NCBI GenBank assembly: GCA_001179505.1
Contig: CDMY01000389.1
Coordinates: forward strand, 1-64,000
Direction: 5' to 3'
DNA: 64,000 nt
DNA from: Vitrella brassicaformis CCMP3155
Lineage: Eukaryota; Protista; Chromerida
The translations under genes were made by a program, and so were the position numbers. Below the pieces are notes generated by a model that saw nothing but the letters and a program-made list of their open reading frames with translations, did not search any database and was not told the origin of the DNA. Shown in pieces: positions 1-12,500 of this stretch; within the stretch, counting starts at the first letter, position 1; every line of letters begins with the position of its first letter.

Positions 1-399
1 GCTCGAGAGCAGCCGGGAGGGCGATGATTGTCACAATCCTCTGGCTGCGGAGGATGTGTTGGCTGTGGGCGAGCTGTATGACATGCTCAAGACGGGCCAG
101 GGGCTGAGGCCACTCGCGAACCGACTCAAACAGGTGGGTGGCAGACCACAGGCAGCGTCCATCTAGCGAGGTGATGCATTTGTGTGTGTGTGTTTCGTGT
201 ATGTTGTCAGGAGAGGTTCACAGGTGTGTCGCTGGGTCACGTGTTGGACTCGCGCCTGCAGCCGGATGAGCAGAGGTGGCTGCGGTCGCTCTTCCGGATC
301 GACCCATCGCGGCCCAATGCTGAGTTGGCGGAGCCTCTGATGCTGAGCAAGGACGTCTGGAGGCTGCTCTCCTTCCTATACGACGGCGGGGGAGACTGA
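1..399 (+). CDS. 3' end (last two exons) of an RS-rich/KH-like family gene; paralog of the genes at 43977 and 51053
   Basis: 1-243 is identical by eye to 47044-47286, and 1-399 aligns with ~53885-54286. Intron ~133-210 (cag|gtgggt ... gttgtcag). Last exon reads ERFTGVSLGHVL...FLYDGGGD*. Confidence 0.7.
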
Positions 400-754
400 G
401 TTGGCTGAGAGGGGATGCAATTGCCGCATGTTACGTGCAAGTGTCGACCTTCGCATGTATGGTGTGACTAGCTATGCTGTTCGCGTGTGCCGACATGTAC
501 GGTACGATGTGTCGCAAGTGGGTGGGGACAGATGGCCAAAAAGATTGGCCCGTGTTGACGTATGGTACAGGATGCATTGTGCTTCGATCTGCGCCTCACA
601 TGAATGTCATGGATACGTACATGCAATACTGACGAACACAGTTCGATCCTCGAGGTCAGTTCGATCCTCGAGCTTAGCTTGCAGCTGGTTGTCAGCTTGA
701 GGTCGCTTCGTGATCGTCGTGATGTATTGATCATATCAGCAGTGGGCAGACACA

Positions 755-2473
755 ATGGAGGAGACCGATCAATCACCGAACAAGAGGCTGCGGCTGTACT
801 CCCTCGCTTCATACGTCATCTGGCTCATCACTGGCGGCATCTACATCTGGCACTACGGCAGAGTCAAGCGGGCGCCGCTGCCCCATGCCGGCGTCAGAGC
901 TCTCAAGGCACGCATCGACCACTTCCTCAGCGGCCCTGGACTGCCCGCCCAGATCTCTATCTTCCCGGCTTGCGATGATGCAGTCACCATGGCGCGTGGA
1001 CTTGCCGAGGCGCTGAGAGATCATGTCAGCAAGAACGGCACACGGCGAGTGCCGCCGTTGGTGATTGGTGACGTCGCTGCAGCTGTGTCGGGTGAATGCA
1101 TGAGCCATAAGGAGGCGCTGGAAGATGCGAGTGGTCATGACGATGCGCTATGGACACAGTCGGGGGCGGACTCTCTGGTGGCTAACTACTCGGTGCTGGT
1201 TCGCATCGCATCAGGGGAAGAGGAGCAGCTGCCGGCACTTTACCTGACGCCGGGGACATCCTGCATCGTCACTCTTCCTCAGGGATTTATCAACAGCCCG
1301 CAGTGGAAGGGCGTCACCGACACGCTTCTGGCAGCATGGTTCACGACGGTTGGAGAGCCATCTATCCCCTTATCTGCGTCCTACACGCTGGCCTTCTGGA
1401 CGACGACCGACAGCCCGCAACGCATACGGTGGCCGGGCAGCTTCCACGAGAGTGTGCTGCGGCCTTACCTTAGCCCCTTCCTCTCGCGGCTGTCCACATG
1501 CTACTGGCTGGAGATGCAGGCGCAGACCATCTATCACGCATCGCTGGGAGAGCAGCCGAAGCCTCAAAGGGAGAAAGGCACGACAAGGGAGAGAGTGGTG
1601 GCCTTCAACGACCTCTCCCGGTTCCTGGCTGCGGCCAATGACTGGACGACCGACGCCGTGCTGACGAGGGGCACACACAAGCCGCCCGTCATCCTCAACC
1701 TGGCGTCGATGAAGCCCTCGGGGGCCCCTGTGGTCGTCCTGACCCAGTCGGGCGAGCCGCACACGGCCTTCAGTGTGCCGGGCTGGGGCGTCATGGCCAT
1801 CATGAGCCACCCTGTCCCTGATGACCAGCTGTCACGCAACGCAACATGGCGCCGACAAGTGGCTCGCAGTGGATATGAGCTGACGGATACCGATGCGCGT
1901 GAGACGGCCGGCCTGTGGCTGAGCCACTTTCGGAAATGGCTGGGGTTTCCGAATGTGACTAACACGACCACCCCCATCAACATCGACCACCACTCGCCAC
2001 CACTGGCCAAGGCGTCGATGGCCGCCCCATCCACTAACGGTATAGCCACGTGGGAGCTGCTGGCTCTCGCCAACACCCTTTTGCAGCTCTTTTTGCGCGA
2101 AATCAGCGAGAACCTGACGGCGGTCGAGTCGCTCATTAGCAGCCTGCCCGACCTGACAGTCGAGCAGCGCATCGCAGAAAGCATCAATCACATCCTGCGG
2201 ATGGCCACAGACGCTCTGAATGCCATCGAGAGGGGCGAGAGGGACCTGGGTCGGCTGCTGGGGGGGATTCGGAGCGGGTATCAGGATAGCGTGGAGACTC
2301 TCCATGACGACTCTATGATGGCCGACCTCTACTTCAGCCCCGAGTTCAAATTTGCGGTTTACTTGCCGATGCTGGTGCCGATTGCAGTGCCTGTGCTGCT
2401 GACGGCCGGCAAGGAGCTCATGACGTGGCGGAGGGAGAGGGCAGAGAAGACGACCAAGGTGAAACCCGAATGA
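755..2473 (+). CDS. PIGS: GPI transamidase subunit PIG-S (Gpi17), single exon, 572 aa
   Basis: N-terminal TM after a short basic segment (LRLYSLASYVIWLITGGIYIW) and a large luminal domain. The C-terminus YFSPEFKFAVYLPMLVPIAVPVLLTAGKELMTWRRER resembles the PIG-S YF..EHKYAVY.PL TM signature. Confidence 0.85.
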   Translation: MEETDQSPNKRLRLYSLASYVIWLITGGIYIWHYGRVKRAPLPHAGVRALKARIDHFLSGPGLPAQISIFPACDDAVTMARGLAEALRDHVSKNGTRRVPPLVIGDVAAAVSGECMSHKEALEDASGHDDALWTQSGADSLVANYSVLVRIASGEEEQLPALYLTPGTSCIVTLPQGFINSPQWKGVTDTLLAAWFTTVGEPSIPLSASYTLAFWTTTDSPQRIRWPGSFHESVLRPYLSPFLSRLSTCYWLEMQAQTIYHASLGEQPKPQREKGTTRERVVAFNDLSRFLAAANDWTTDAVLTRGTHKPPVILNLASMKPSGAPVVVLTQSGEPHTAFSVPGWGVMAIMSHPVPDDQLSRNATWRRQVARSGYELTDTDARETAGLWLSHFRKWLGFPNVTNTTTPINIDHHSPPLAKASMAAPSTNGIATWELLALANTLLQLFLREISENLTAVESLISSLPDLTVEQRIAESINHILRMATDALNAIERGERDLGRLLGGIRSGYQDSVETLHDDSMMADLYFSPEFKFAVYLPMLVPIAVPVLLTAGKELMTWRRERAEKTTKVKPE

Positions 2474-2994
2474 ACGTGCGATGATGGGTGGCTGCTGTTG
2501 CTCTCTGTGTGTCGGTGAGGTAGTGGTGTGTGTAGTACTGTGTACATATGTTGCTTGCCGTTTTCGACTCATCCTAGCAGATACATATATATTTGCGTCG
2601 AGAGGCCACCTATTTCCATCATATACTTCAATCAATTGTCTGACGGATGGGATGGATGCATGGCATCAGCTGACCGATTCAATTGGTGGTGGTAGCCCGA
2701 CAGATTGAATGACACTCTGAGTGCACACATTTCTGTCCATCCTTTACCCTCGATCACCCCAGCATACAAATCAAGACAGCCAATCACTGACACCTAAGGC
2801 CGCGGTAAGCATCCAGTGAAAATCTGACGAGAAATAAGGCATGCACATGTGATCAAGTGGGTGGCTCGACTATCGCGCCACCGCAAATTGAATCACCATC
2901 TGATGAAAGAGACACAAGAGAGGCCAGACACAGGCACAATCCACCTCGGACGATGAGTGAGCGGCTTGCGTGCGACACCTGTTTCTTACCTATG

Positions 2995-5840
2995 TCAAGA
3001 GCCGCGAGCGGATCCATCGCGGCGCTCAACACACATGGCGGCCTCTCCGAGATCCTGATAGGTGTTATCGTGGAAGCTGAGCTTGTACGGGCCGCCACTG
3101 AGGTTGAGTGCCGCCTGCTCAGCCAGGAAACGCTGCTGGAAGTGCCCGCTAAGACCGGTGACTGTGATTCTCTTGTGACCCTATCATTCATCAAAAAAGG
3201 CAACATGTATACACTCAGGTGTGTAGGTCTGTCTGTCTGTCTGTTGTGCGGGTCACCTTGAGCTCATCATTAAAAGAGATCACCGTGGCCATCACGTGAT
3301 TGTAAAATGTGTCCGACTTGTCACTTGCGACACCGCCTGAAAATGAAGAATACAAACGGTTGTGTCAGTCAGGCATCCCGATTTCCGATTACCTTGAATG
3401 TCGATGGAGACCTCCTCGATCGGCGGCAGCTTGTGGTTGCCCCCTCGTCCCCACAAGCATGGGCTCTGGCCAAATTCATCCTTGAGAGGTGCTATAAACA
3501 CCTTGGCATTGAGACCTATGCGTACTGACAGGCTCCTCTCCCTCCCCCTGCTGCTCATCGCCGCATGCACGCTCTCAAGAAACCGCCACACCTCACCAGC
3601 CGTCACCTGGATTGGGTTGTAGGCCTCTCCCGCGTCTCCTATTTCGATGCGTGACAGGTTTGGCATATGAGAGGCAATCTCCAGCACCCACTTCTTCTTG
3701 TCGCTATCCGCAAGAAGAGCACCGTCACCATGAAACAGGGCGGAAGGGTCGTCCCGTAGCCGCAGAGTGCGGGCGGCAGGGAATGTGTCGTCGGTGATAG
3801 TGGCGAGTTCCGTCGGCCCATGTCTATAGTTGTAGAACAGCTTGTCGGCGATCTTGGCGACTTTGCCGATGATCTTTTGGACGGTCGGGCTGCTTCTACG
3901 GCTCTGCGAGAGGAGCTCCACGTCGAACTCTTCAAAGCTGCCATCGATGTAAGTCCGAAAAATCTGCTTCGCCACCGCATCGGGATGTGCAACAGCATCA
4001 CTGACGAAACAGAGTAAAGCACGATATGTACTGTCTTGTCTCTCTACATTCTTTGTCTGATTGTCTTACATGAGCTGTGCAGTCCTCTCGCACCGCTCCA
4101 TAGACTCGGCATTGCTCTTCATCGACCCCAGGTTGACCTCAAGCTCGCGAACAGACCTCTTGACACCCCTCGCCACCATCACCTCACGCAGTCTGTCGAT
4201 GTCGGCGGGGTCGCTCTCATCTATCCGGACGCATCGCAGTGTGCGAAGCGCCGCCAGCGACTGCCCGTCGGTGGGCAGTGCACTCAGCGCATTGGCCACG
4301 CCGGCGCTCCGTCCACCGATGTGGACGCACTCGACGGCCTTGCAGTCCGCCAGCCACGACCTCTCGCCCTCCAGCCCACAGGATCGAGTGGACAGCGTCC
4401 TGACGGCGGGTGTGTGCCAGTTGCGGCCCACACGTGCGTCCAGACATGAGTTGCTGTTGTCGATCGTCGTGAGCGCGGGCAGTTGGACGGGAGCAGAGGG
4501 GGCGGGCGGCAGATCAGATGAGGGAGGAGGGTACGGGATGTGGACGCCGATATCGAGCTGGACGTCCTCGAATGACAGCTTCTCCAGCGTGCCGTCATCC
4601 GCCAACTGGCCGTGGCCATCATCATCAGATGCCGCAGCTGCCCCCTCCCCTCCTGCCCTCTCTATTCTCTTCTTGGCTGCAATGGCCGCTCGGCCGATGG
4701 CGTGACCCTCGATGAGACTCGTCCAGGTCCCGCGACACCACTTTAGCGCAGGGCGCCATCCGAAAAGAGGTCCCCAATACTCTTCTGGGTTGCGGTGCTT
4801 GATCTCTCGGATATTGGTCGATCTCTTGCCCCACTTGTGTGCCACGTCGAGTGGCATGGTCTCCCACATGTGCCGCGCCTTTTTGTCCTCACAGTCGATG
4901 GCCAGGTGGGTGTAGTTGGCGGCCGACTGATGGAAGAGGGGCGTGCCGAGGGGGCGCCAGAGGGGCGTCAGCTCCCAGGGATGCAGGTGGCCAAAGACGT
5001 TGGCCAACACGTCGTGGGACAATCGACGACGGGCCTGAAGTGACAAAGAAGGAGGACGCGTTCATTTCTATTTGGCTCTTACCGGGCTTTGGTTGATGGC
5101 CGCATTGCCGCTCTTCTTGATCAGACGATACGATGGGCCAGTCCTCACAGCCGCCTGCAATACGACAACACGACAACAGTGACGGAAAATGCGGATCCAT
5201 GCGCACATAGTGACACGCGGCCATCCATTCGTCTCACCTCAGGCTGAGCCTTTGCCTGGACCGAGCCCGCCGCAGCTGCCTGAATACTCGGTGCGGGCAC
5301 GTCTGCAGCATTGGTGAGGCTGGGGTCTCCCTGCGGGAGCTGTGCCGCGAGGGTGTTGAGTAGCCCCAGCTGAGAACCGAACGCCAAGCCCGCGGGGGAC
5401 GCAGCCTGTGAATGAACGAACGGAAAGGGGGCCATGTGCACAAGGTAGGTAGGTAAAGGGCCCTTTCCAGGTGCCTATCAGTCAGTCAGTGAATGAGTGC
5501 CTACCTGAGCGGCGATGCTCGCGGGGTCTTGACCCAGGAGGCTTGACAACGTATCCCTTACAGCACGCGCATTCGCGACAAACTGAACGGACGAAATGAA
5601 ACACGCACCACACGAGAAATCAAAAAGTAGGGTGGTGCGTGTTTGTGCTTGTGTTGCCGTTTGCCTCGCTTTCATCATCATCGCGCCTTCCGTACCTCAT
5701 TGACGTCCATGGCGAATCAGTGTGTGCATGACGGAAAACAGCGAAAAAACACGAATCTTGGGACAGATAGTTTTTGAAAAGCTCGCACGCTGTCCGATCG
5801 GACATTGCGTGAAACCGCTCTCTGTCCGATCGAACTCATC
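2995..5840 (-). CDS. Lineage-specific F-box-like/degenerate-LRR family protein, copy A (multi-exon; 5' end approximate)
   Basis: Exon ORFs 4066-5046 (RRRLSHDVLANVFGHLHPWELTPL, F-box-like; then LPALTTID/LRTLRCV LRR-like units) and 3292-3975, with a final exon ending ...CVERRDGSARGS* at 2995. Colinear with copy B. Confidence 0.6.
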
Positions 5841-6448
5841 GCACACCTCTTAGTGTGGAGTTCGCTTTGATTCATATGTATCTGCATCAATGGACCAGCT
5901 CTCGTCAATTTGTCGTCGCCACATTGCGTGCATGCATACAAATATTGGATAGTGTAAGTCTTTTCGACTTGCTCGCTACTCAATTGTACAGCTAGCTATG
6001 GTTAACGCAGTATAGAGGCAACATGTACATATGTATGTATACCACACACATACATAGACCAGCAGGCTTGTACGGTGCGATACGTACAGCTCACAAGACC
6101 AGTCAAACAATTTGTCGCCATGATCATCAATCAGTACTTACAATTCAGCCCCATCTCATGCACGCAGCAAGCCATCCAGACCGCCATGAAAGCACTCACG
6201 TCAGTGTCATCCAGCCAGCCATTAATTTGCACAGATAAGCACGTGGCCGTCTTCATGTCAGTCACTTATCTGTCTCTATCTACGCCGCAGAAAGTCTCCA
6301 GATGTCGTCTGCCCTGTGTGACGTCACGCGAACATGTGTATCGGCACGCGATGACGATCTGACAGACCGCAGCACACACATGCAGACAGGTGTTCGACGC
6401 ACGTCGGGCGGCAGGTGCGCGGACACACGAGGCGCATTTCTGACCTGT

Positions 6449-9030
6449 CTACGCAGAGTCGCGAGTGGAGGCATCACGGCGCTCGACACACATGGAGCCG
6501 TTGCGGGTATTGAGGCTGAGCTTGTACGGGCCGCCACTAAGGTTGAGGGACGCCTGCTCAGCCAGGAAACGTTGTTGAAACTGAGTGTTCAGGCGCTCCA
6601 CTGTGGTCCTCTGGTGGCCCTGGAGTGCCACACACACATCGCCACACACATCGCCTGGCACTTTTGTGAGAGTGGTGTGGCTTGGTTTGGCGTGTGGCAA
6701 ACCTCGAGTTCATCGTTAAAAGAGGTCACAGTAGCCATGACATGCTTGTAGAATGTGTCGGCGTCGCCATCATCCACATCACCTGACACACACACACACG
6801 CACACACACACACGCACATATGCGTTGCACTGACACACCGGTCTGTCTCTTCTCGCCTCCCCCTCCCCTCACCATCAATAAGGATACGGAAGTTTTGGAT
6901 CGCCGGCAAGGCATTGCTGCCGCCGCGCCCCCACAGACAGGGGCTTTCGAGGTTCTGCAGGGGTGCTATCAATGCCGCGGCCGGCAGGTGCATCCTCAGC
7001 GTCAGCGTCCTCCCCCTCCCCTGGCTGACCAGCGCCGTCTGCAGCAGCTCGAGGAAGTCCAGCACCTCAACAAAAAGTGCGTCTTCTGTCTCGATGCACG
7101 ACAGGCTGGGCATGTTGGAGGCGATCTCGACCGCCCGCTTCTTCTTGGCCTCATTGACGAGGGCATGCTGCCGCAGCTGCAGGGTGTGGGCGGCGGGGAA
7201 TGTGTCGTCGGTGATGGCCACAGGATGCGCCTCGTCATGCCCGCTGTAGGACACCTTGCCGGCCGTCTTGGTGAATTCATCCATGATCCCCTGCATGGTG
7301 CGAGTCCCGCTGCCGCGGCGCGAGAGGAGCTCCACGGCGATAACTCCATGCCTGCCACTGTCGCACGCAATAAACGCATCGGGTTGCGCAACAGCGTCAC
7401 TGCAGAAAAGCACCACAAGACGAGCAGAGCACATGTGATGTACCCCACGTCTACTCTGACCCCTTCTCCTTCTCATGTGTCCTTACACGAGTTGTGCGGC
7501 CTTCTGCAATCTCTCCCAGTTCTCGTCTGTGTTGCTCAGAAAAACACCCACGTCGATCTTGAGCTGGCGAATGGACCGGCTGGCGCCCCTTGCCACCATC
7601 ATCTCACGCAGCCTGTCGACGTCGGCGGGCCTGTCATACTTTACGGTGAGGCATCGCAGGGTGTGAAGGGCCGACAGCGACTGTCCGTCGGCAGGCAGTG
7701 CACTCAGCATGCCGGCCGGCACGCCCTCGATCCATGCGTTGATGTCGAGCACTTCGACACCCACACAGTCGGCCAGCCATGACCTCGCGCCGCCCACCTC
7801 TTCTTCACCAATGCTGCCTCGGATGGTGAGGGTCTTGACAGCGCGTGTGTGCCACTGGCGGCCCACACGTGCCGACAGGCAATCGTCACTGGGGATGCTG
7901 TCGATCGTCGTGAGCGCGGGCAGGTGAATCGGGGCGGTAGGGGCGGGGGGCAGATCAGATGAGGGCAGAGGGTCGGGGGTGGCGACGCTGTCATCGAGCT
8001 GGACGACCTCGAATGACAGCTTCTCCAGTGTGCCCCCATCCGCCAACTGGCCGTGGCCATCATCATCAGATGCCGCAGCTGCCCCCTCCCCTCCCGCCCT
8101 CTCTATTCTCTTCTTGGCTGCGATGGCCGCTCGGCCGATGGCGTGACCCTCGATGAGACTCGTCCAGGTCCCGCGACACCACTGCGTATCCGGCGCCACA
8201 ACGATGTCGTCGGTATACTCGGGGCAGCGAATTCTGATCTCTCGGATATTGGTCGACCTCTTTCCCCACTTGTGCGCCACGGCCAGCGGCATGGTCTCCC
8301 ACATCCGCCTCGCCGTGTCGTCCTCACAGTCCATGACCACTTGAGTGTAGTTGGCGGCCGACTGATAGAAGAGGGGCGTGCCGAGGCGGCGCCAGAGGGG
8401 CGTCAGCTCCCAGGGATGCAGGTGGCCGAAGATGTTGGCCAGCTCGTCGCGGGACAATCGACGACGGGCCTGAAAGTGAGACAGAGATACCAAAGTCAAG
8501 GTGTGAGGATGGTGTTGTCAGACCCATCCTTACCAGGTCCTCATCGGCCGGAGGGTTGCCGCTTCTGTGGATCAGACGGTACGATGGACCAGGCCCCACA
8601 GCCACCTGCCGAAGACAGAGCAAGAGCCACCCATGACACCACGACAACCACAGCAACTAAAAGGTGTATCCATGTGCAGACGATGACCACACACACACGG
8701 CTATCCTTCACCTTACCTGTGCCTCTGTGTGTGTCGAGCCCAACGCAGCAGCTGCCTCTGTGGTCGATGTCAGTGCATCTACAGCGCTGGTGAGGCTGGC
8801 AGCCCACTGTTCGAGCTGCGTGGTGACGGCGTCCGACTGCAAGGCCATGGGGCCCAGCTGATAGTGCAACAGCCATGCCGCGGGCGACGAGACCTGTCAG
8901 CGAAGATACACCACAGTGGATGGCCGGCCCTTCCGCATGCCTCTCGGTCAGTCAATAAGTGTTACCCACCTGTGCGGCGATGCTGGCGGGGTCTTCGTCG
9001 AGAAGGTGTGATAGACATTCGATGATCTGT
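6449..9030 (-). CDS. Lineage-specific F-box-like/degenerate-LRR family protein, copy B (tandem paralog; 5' end approximate)
   Basis: ORFs 7483-8499, 6589-7476 and 6449-6700 align with copy A. The segment WCRGTWTSLIEGHAIGRAAIAAKKRIERAGGEGAAAASDDDGHGQLAD is nearly identical at DNA level, and the exon order is the same. Confidence 0.6.
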
Positions 9031-9375
9031 CGGCAGGCAAACATACCATACCCAACAGACAGACAATCTTTTGTCGTGAGGAAAGGATAGAAAGGCGTTC
9101 CGGCCGGTCAGTCAGCGCACCTCATCTTGAATTGTCTGCTGGTACAGCAAGCTGTCCAGCACAGCCTGGGCATTCGTCAGAACCTGGGGGACTCAAGCAC
9201 AACGGACACACCGAGGACTCAAAGATGAAGCGCTCTTTCTCCTTCGCTCTCTTCTGCCCCTCGTGTGCCGGGCTGACCTGATTGACGTCCATGGCAAAAC
9301 AGAAACGTGTGCGGGCGACTCACAACAAAGTCGCTGACGGGCTGAAACGGCCGTGGACCGCTATTTCCTCCACGC

Positions 9376-9495
9376 GAGCTCGTTGAAAGTAGTTCACATC
9401 GCCGCCCAGTGCTTGTTTGACGAACTGAGCCTATCCCGCAGCACAGCAACAAGACCTCTACCACAACGAAAGACATAGCACAACGAAAGAGTGAC
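9376..9495 (-). repeat. Inverted, decayed copy of 11162-11283 (intron 3 end + exon 4 of the fusion gene); weaker similarity may extend to ~9290
   Basis: The reverse complement reads ...tgctatgtctttcgttgtggtagaggtcttgttgctgtgctgcgggataggctcagttcgtcaaacaagcactgggcggcgatg, versus 11183 cgctatgtctttcgttgtactgaaggtcttgttgctgtgctgcgggatcggctcagttcgtcaaacaagcactgggcagtgatg. Both translate GLVAVLRDRLSSSNKHWA; the copy then hits a TGA. Confidence 0.9.
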
Positions 9496-9543
9496 GACTG
9501 CCTGTGCCGAGAGAGTTTTCCGTCTTGGGGCGGGGCGTTCGGC

Positions 9544-12500
9544 ATGGACAACATGGGGCTTCACGTGGAGAGGTTCAAGCACAAGATCGTCAGAGATCTC
9601 GCCTGGGTCATTCATTCCCAGCCTCTCATCTCAGATGGACTCGAAGATCTGCCGGCCCTCTCCCTTTCCGACCTTCTCGACGCTTCATCCACCCTGCAAT
9701 GGCTCGAGAAGCTCGACAGTGACCCATCCGAGTTGCTCGACTTCCTCGTGCGCAAGCACATCAGGCGCCTGGGGTTTCTGTATCAGTCGCTTCTGGAGTT
9801 TGTGTTTGTCCGCTGTCCCTCACTGGGCTGCGAGGCGGTGCTCTGTCAGCAGCAGATTGAAGACTCTGAGGAGAGGGGCCGCGTGATCGGGCAGATCAAG
9901 CACGTCATGTGCCTCAATCGAGGGCAGGGCAAGCAGGCCTGGCATGTGGAAAGTGCTATCAAGTTTTATGTCGACTCACGGCTCCTGGACGAGGCGGCAG
10001 ATGAGAGGACGGGACTGGCCTCGTTTTCTGCAGAGGAGAATGAGAGGCGCTCTTTGCTGCATTTCGTTGGTCCCTTCCTTCATGAGAGCCTCGCGTGGCG
10101 CCTTGTGGAGATGAACAGGAAGCTGGAGCTCTGCCGGGCGTCATCGGCCATTCAGGAGGACCTCAAGGTGAGCGTGTCATGCATGATACAAATCGGCAGA
10201 TGAAGCACACGTGTATCCCTTTGTGAATGGTTGTATGTATCGGCAGGGCCGTCTTGGTGCGTCGGAGGTGTCGTCCGTGACCTTCATCAAAGGTTACCTC
10301 TTCTACCGCCTGTATAAGCACACCGACTCTTGCGGCGGGCCCTCCCTCTGCAACCCTCATCACAACAGGGGCTGGTGGTGCCTCGACACAGCCGAGCTCG
10401 CCCATTGGGCAGATGGGCCATTCCAGTGGGCCATCCTACCCAAGATGCACTGGATGTCGCCGGTGGTGGCCATCTCAGCGCCCGATCCCCACCGCGTTTA
10501 TGTCGAAGGCGTGGCTGCGCTGCGGATCCCCGAGCTGACGTGTATGGATTTCGGTGCCCTGATGGCCGAGCTTTCGCGTCTGCGGACGGATGCGCCCTCC
10601 ACGCCTCATCTGGTGGCACAGCTGCGCGAGAGGGAGGGCGGAATATGGGTGGAGGAGTCGCGTGGGTTCCTGTTACCCAGCGATTGGGACCCGTCGACGC
10701 TATGCAACTCACTCCAGCCAATGGGTAGGCAGGCTTCTGAAATTAAGAGAGCCGAGAGAGATGGACTGGACCCCCATTGATTGATTTGTTTCCTGCTGTG
10801 CTGTGCCTCTGCCTGGCTGTCTGGGGTGTTGAGGTCTCCGTAACAAGCACGAGAAGCCCGACAACTGGTCCTACCGCTCGCTGCCTCAGCCTGAAGGACC
10901 TGAAGGACCTTCTCTCATGCCTCAAGGCAGCAGCGCCAGCCATCCATCCCCCATGTCGATAGGGCGGCTCTTCAACTGCCCGTCTGAGAGCCAGAAGCGG
11001 ACCCCTGTGTTGCGGGACGCGGCTGAGGATGAGAGTGAGGGCGAGTACCCGCTGTCCGAGTCTCCGCGACCTGGTTCAATGCCACTGCATGACCTGCTGG
11101 TCACAGCTGCGGGTGAGGGAGAAGGACCACCCTCTTGGCACAGGCAGTCGTCACTTCCAGGGTGCACTCTGTCTTGCGTTGCGCTATGTCTTTCGTTGTA
11201 CTGAAGGTCTTGTTGCTGTGCTGCGGGATCGGCTCAGTTCGTCAAACAAGCACTGGGCAGTGATGAACGTCTTCAACGAACTCAAAAATGCGACGGTAGG
11301 CCCGTTATGGGTTCTGTCATGTGGCAAGAGGAAGGATTTCTGTCATGGGTTCTGTTTCTGCCACCAGATCCACCTCTTCCACCGTCTTGCGTCGGCACCG
11401 TCGTCTGTTGTTGGAGGGCTCGCCACCACACCGACACTGATGGTCCTCGACGGCCTGGCAATCATTGGGGGCATCTCAGACGACCCTCTCGTAGGCGGTG
11501 TCCCTCACCACCCAATGGCCAGCGACGGTGAAGCCCTGGTGCGCCCGATCGGCCATCTCCTTCTCGATGCCTTGGCGAGGGCACTGCGGCACTCACGCAC
11601 ACCTAGCCCGAAGGTCAGTGGAGCTGGCGCAGCTGCAGAGGACAACAACCGCCGGAGGGGCGACGGGAGGGAGCCAGCGATGACGTCAGAAGAGAGGGAA
11701 AGGGCTGTGGCCGTTCTAGGCCAGCTGCTGAGTATGATTGTCCGCGGCGAGGGCCCTCCAGCCGGCAGGATGTGCGTCAAGCTGGTCATCAAGGCATGCC
11801 GTCTCTTCGGCCTACAGCCAGCGTCTCACAACGTCCCTACGCCGTCCTCCCATCACGCAGTCGGCACCCTCACCGACATGGCTTCCTTCGTCGACCGATA
11901 TCTGGATCAGACGGAGGTCTTGATTCAACCCCAGCTGAAGGCCAAGGAGAGGAGGGCTGGTGCGGTGCAGCGCACCATCACCGAGATGACCAGTGAGAGC
12001 GACGTGGTCGTGTTCGGCGATGACCGCAGCGACGGCGATGCGAGGGAGCGGAGGCACAGCAACACGTCGGCGAGTCAGCTGGGCGTGCAGGCCGCGAGTG
12101 GAGGCCGCGTCGCTAGTGGCCATCTGCCCGTCCGGGACGCCCTCGAGGTGAGCAGGGACTGAATGAATCACCCGCTACCTATCAGGTTATTTTCTCCCTT
12201 TTCGGTCAGGTGCTCAGCTTCTTCAGCTGTCGCCTTGACGATTCTCGTGCCGAGCGGGCGGTTCCACTGTTCGTGGCCCACGCCATCAACCACTACGCCG
12301 AGTTGGTGGATGCAACGTCGTCCTCTCTGCAGCACAGCATCTCCCCACATGGGCATCGAGCCGACGATGTGAGGCTCTACCTGACAGCTGCCCCTGCCGA
12401 CGACCCGGCTCATGACGTCAGCAAAGGCGCCCAGACGATATCGATGCCCCTGGTGGATCGCCTCGTCGCCGACTCCTGGCGCAAGAATCACATCAAGGTG

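Noticed and set aside
639-672. 16-bp direct repeat CAGTTCGATCCTCGAG x2 upstream of PIG-S (similar 20-bp doublet at 43840-43879)
   Set aside because: Two-copy slippage duplications; no evidence of function.
809-2635. Long antisense ORFs over PIG-S and other genes
   Set aside because: Expected shadow ORFs of GC-rich coding sequence.
5929-5936. TGCATGCA ApiAP2-type motif
   Set aside because: A single 8-mer that also occurs elsewhere, including in coding sequence; not distinguishable from chance.
10211-10780. DUF1853 as a stand-alone gene ending at TGA 10780
   Set aside because: Possible, but a donor at 10725, a pyrimidine-rich acceptor at 10833 and continued in-frame exons favour read-through by splicing. 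Kept as the alternative model.
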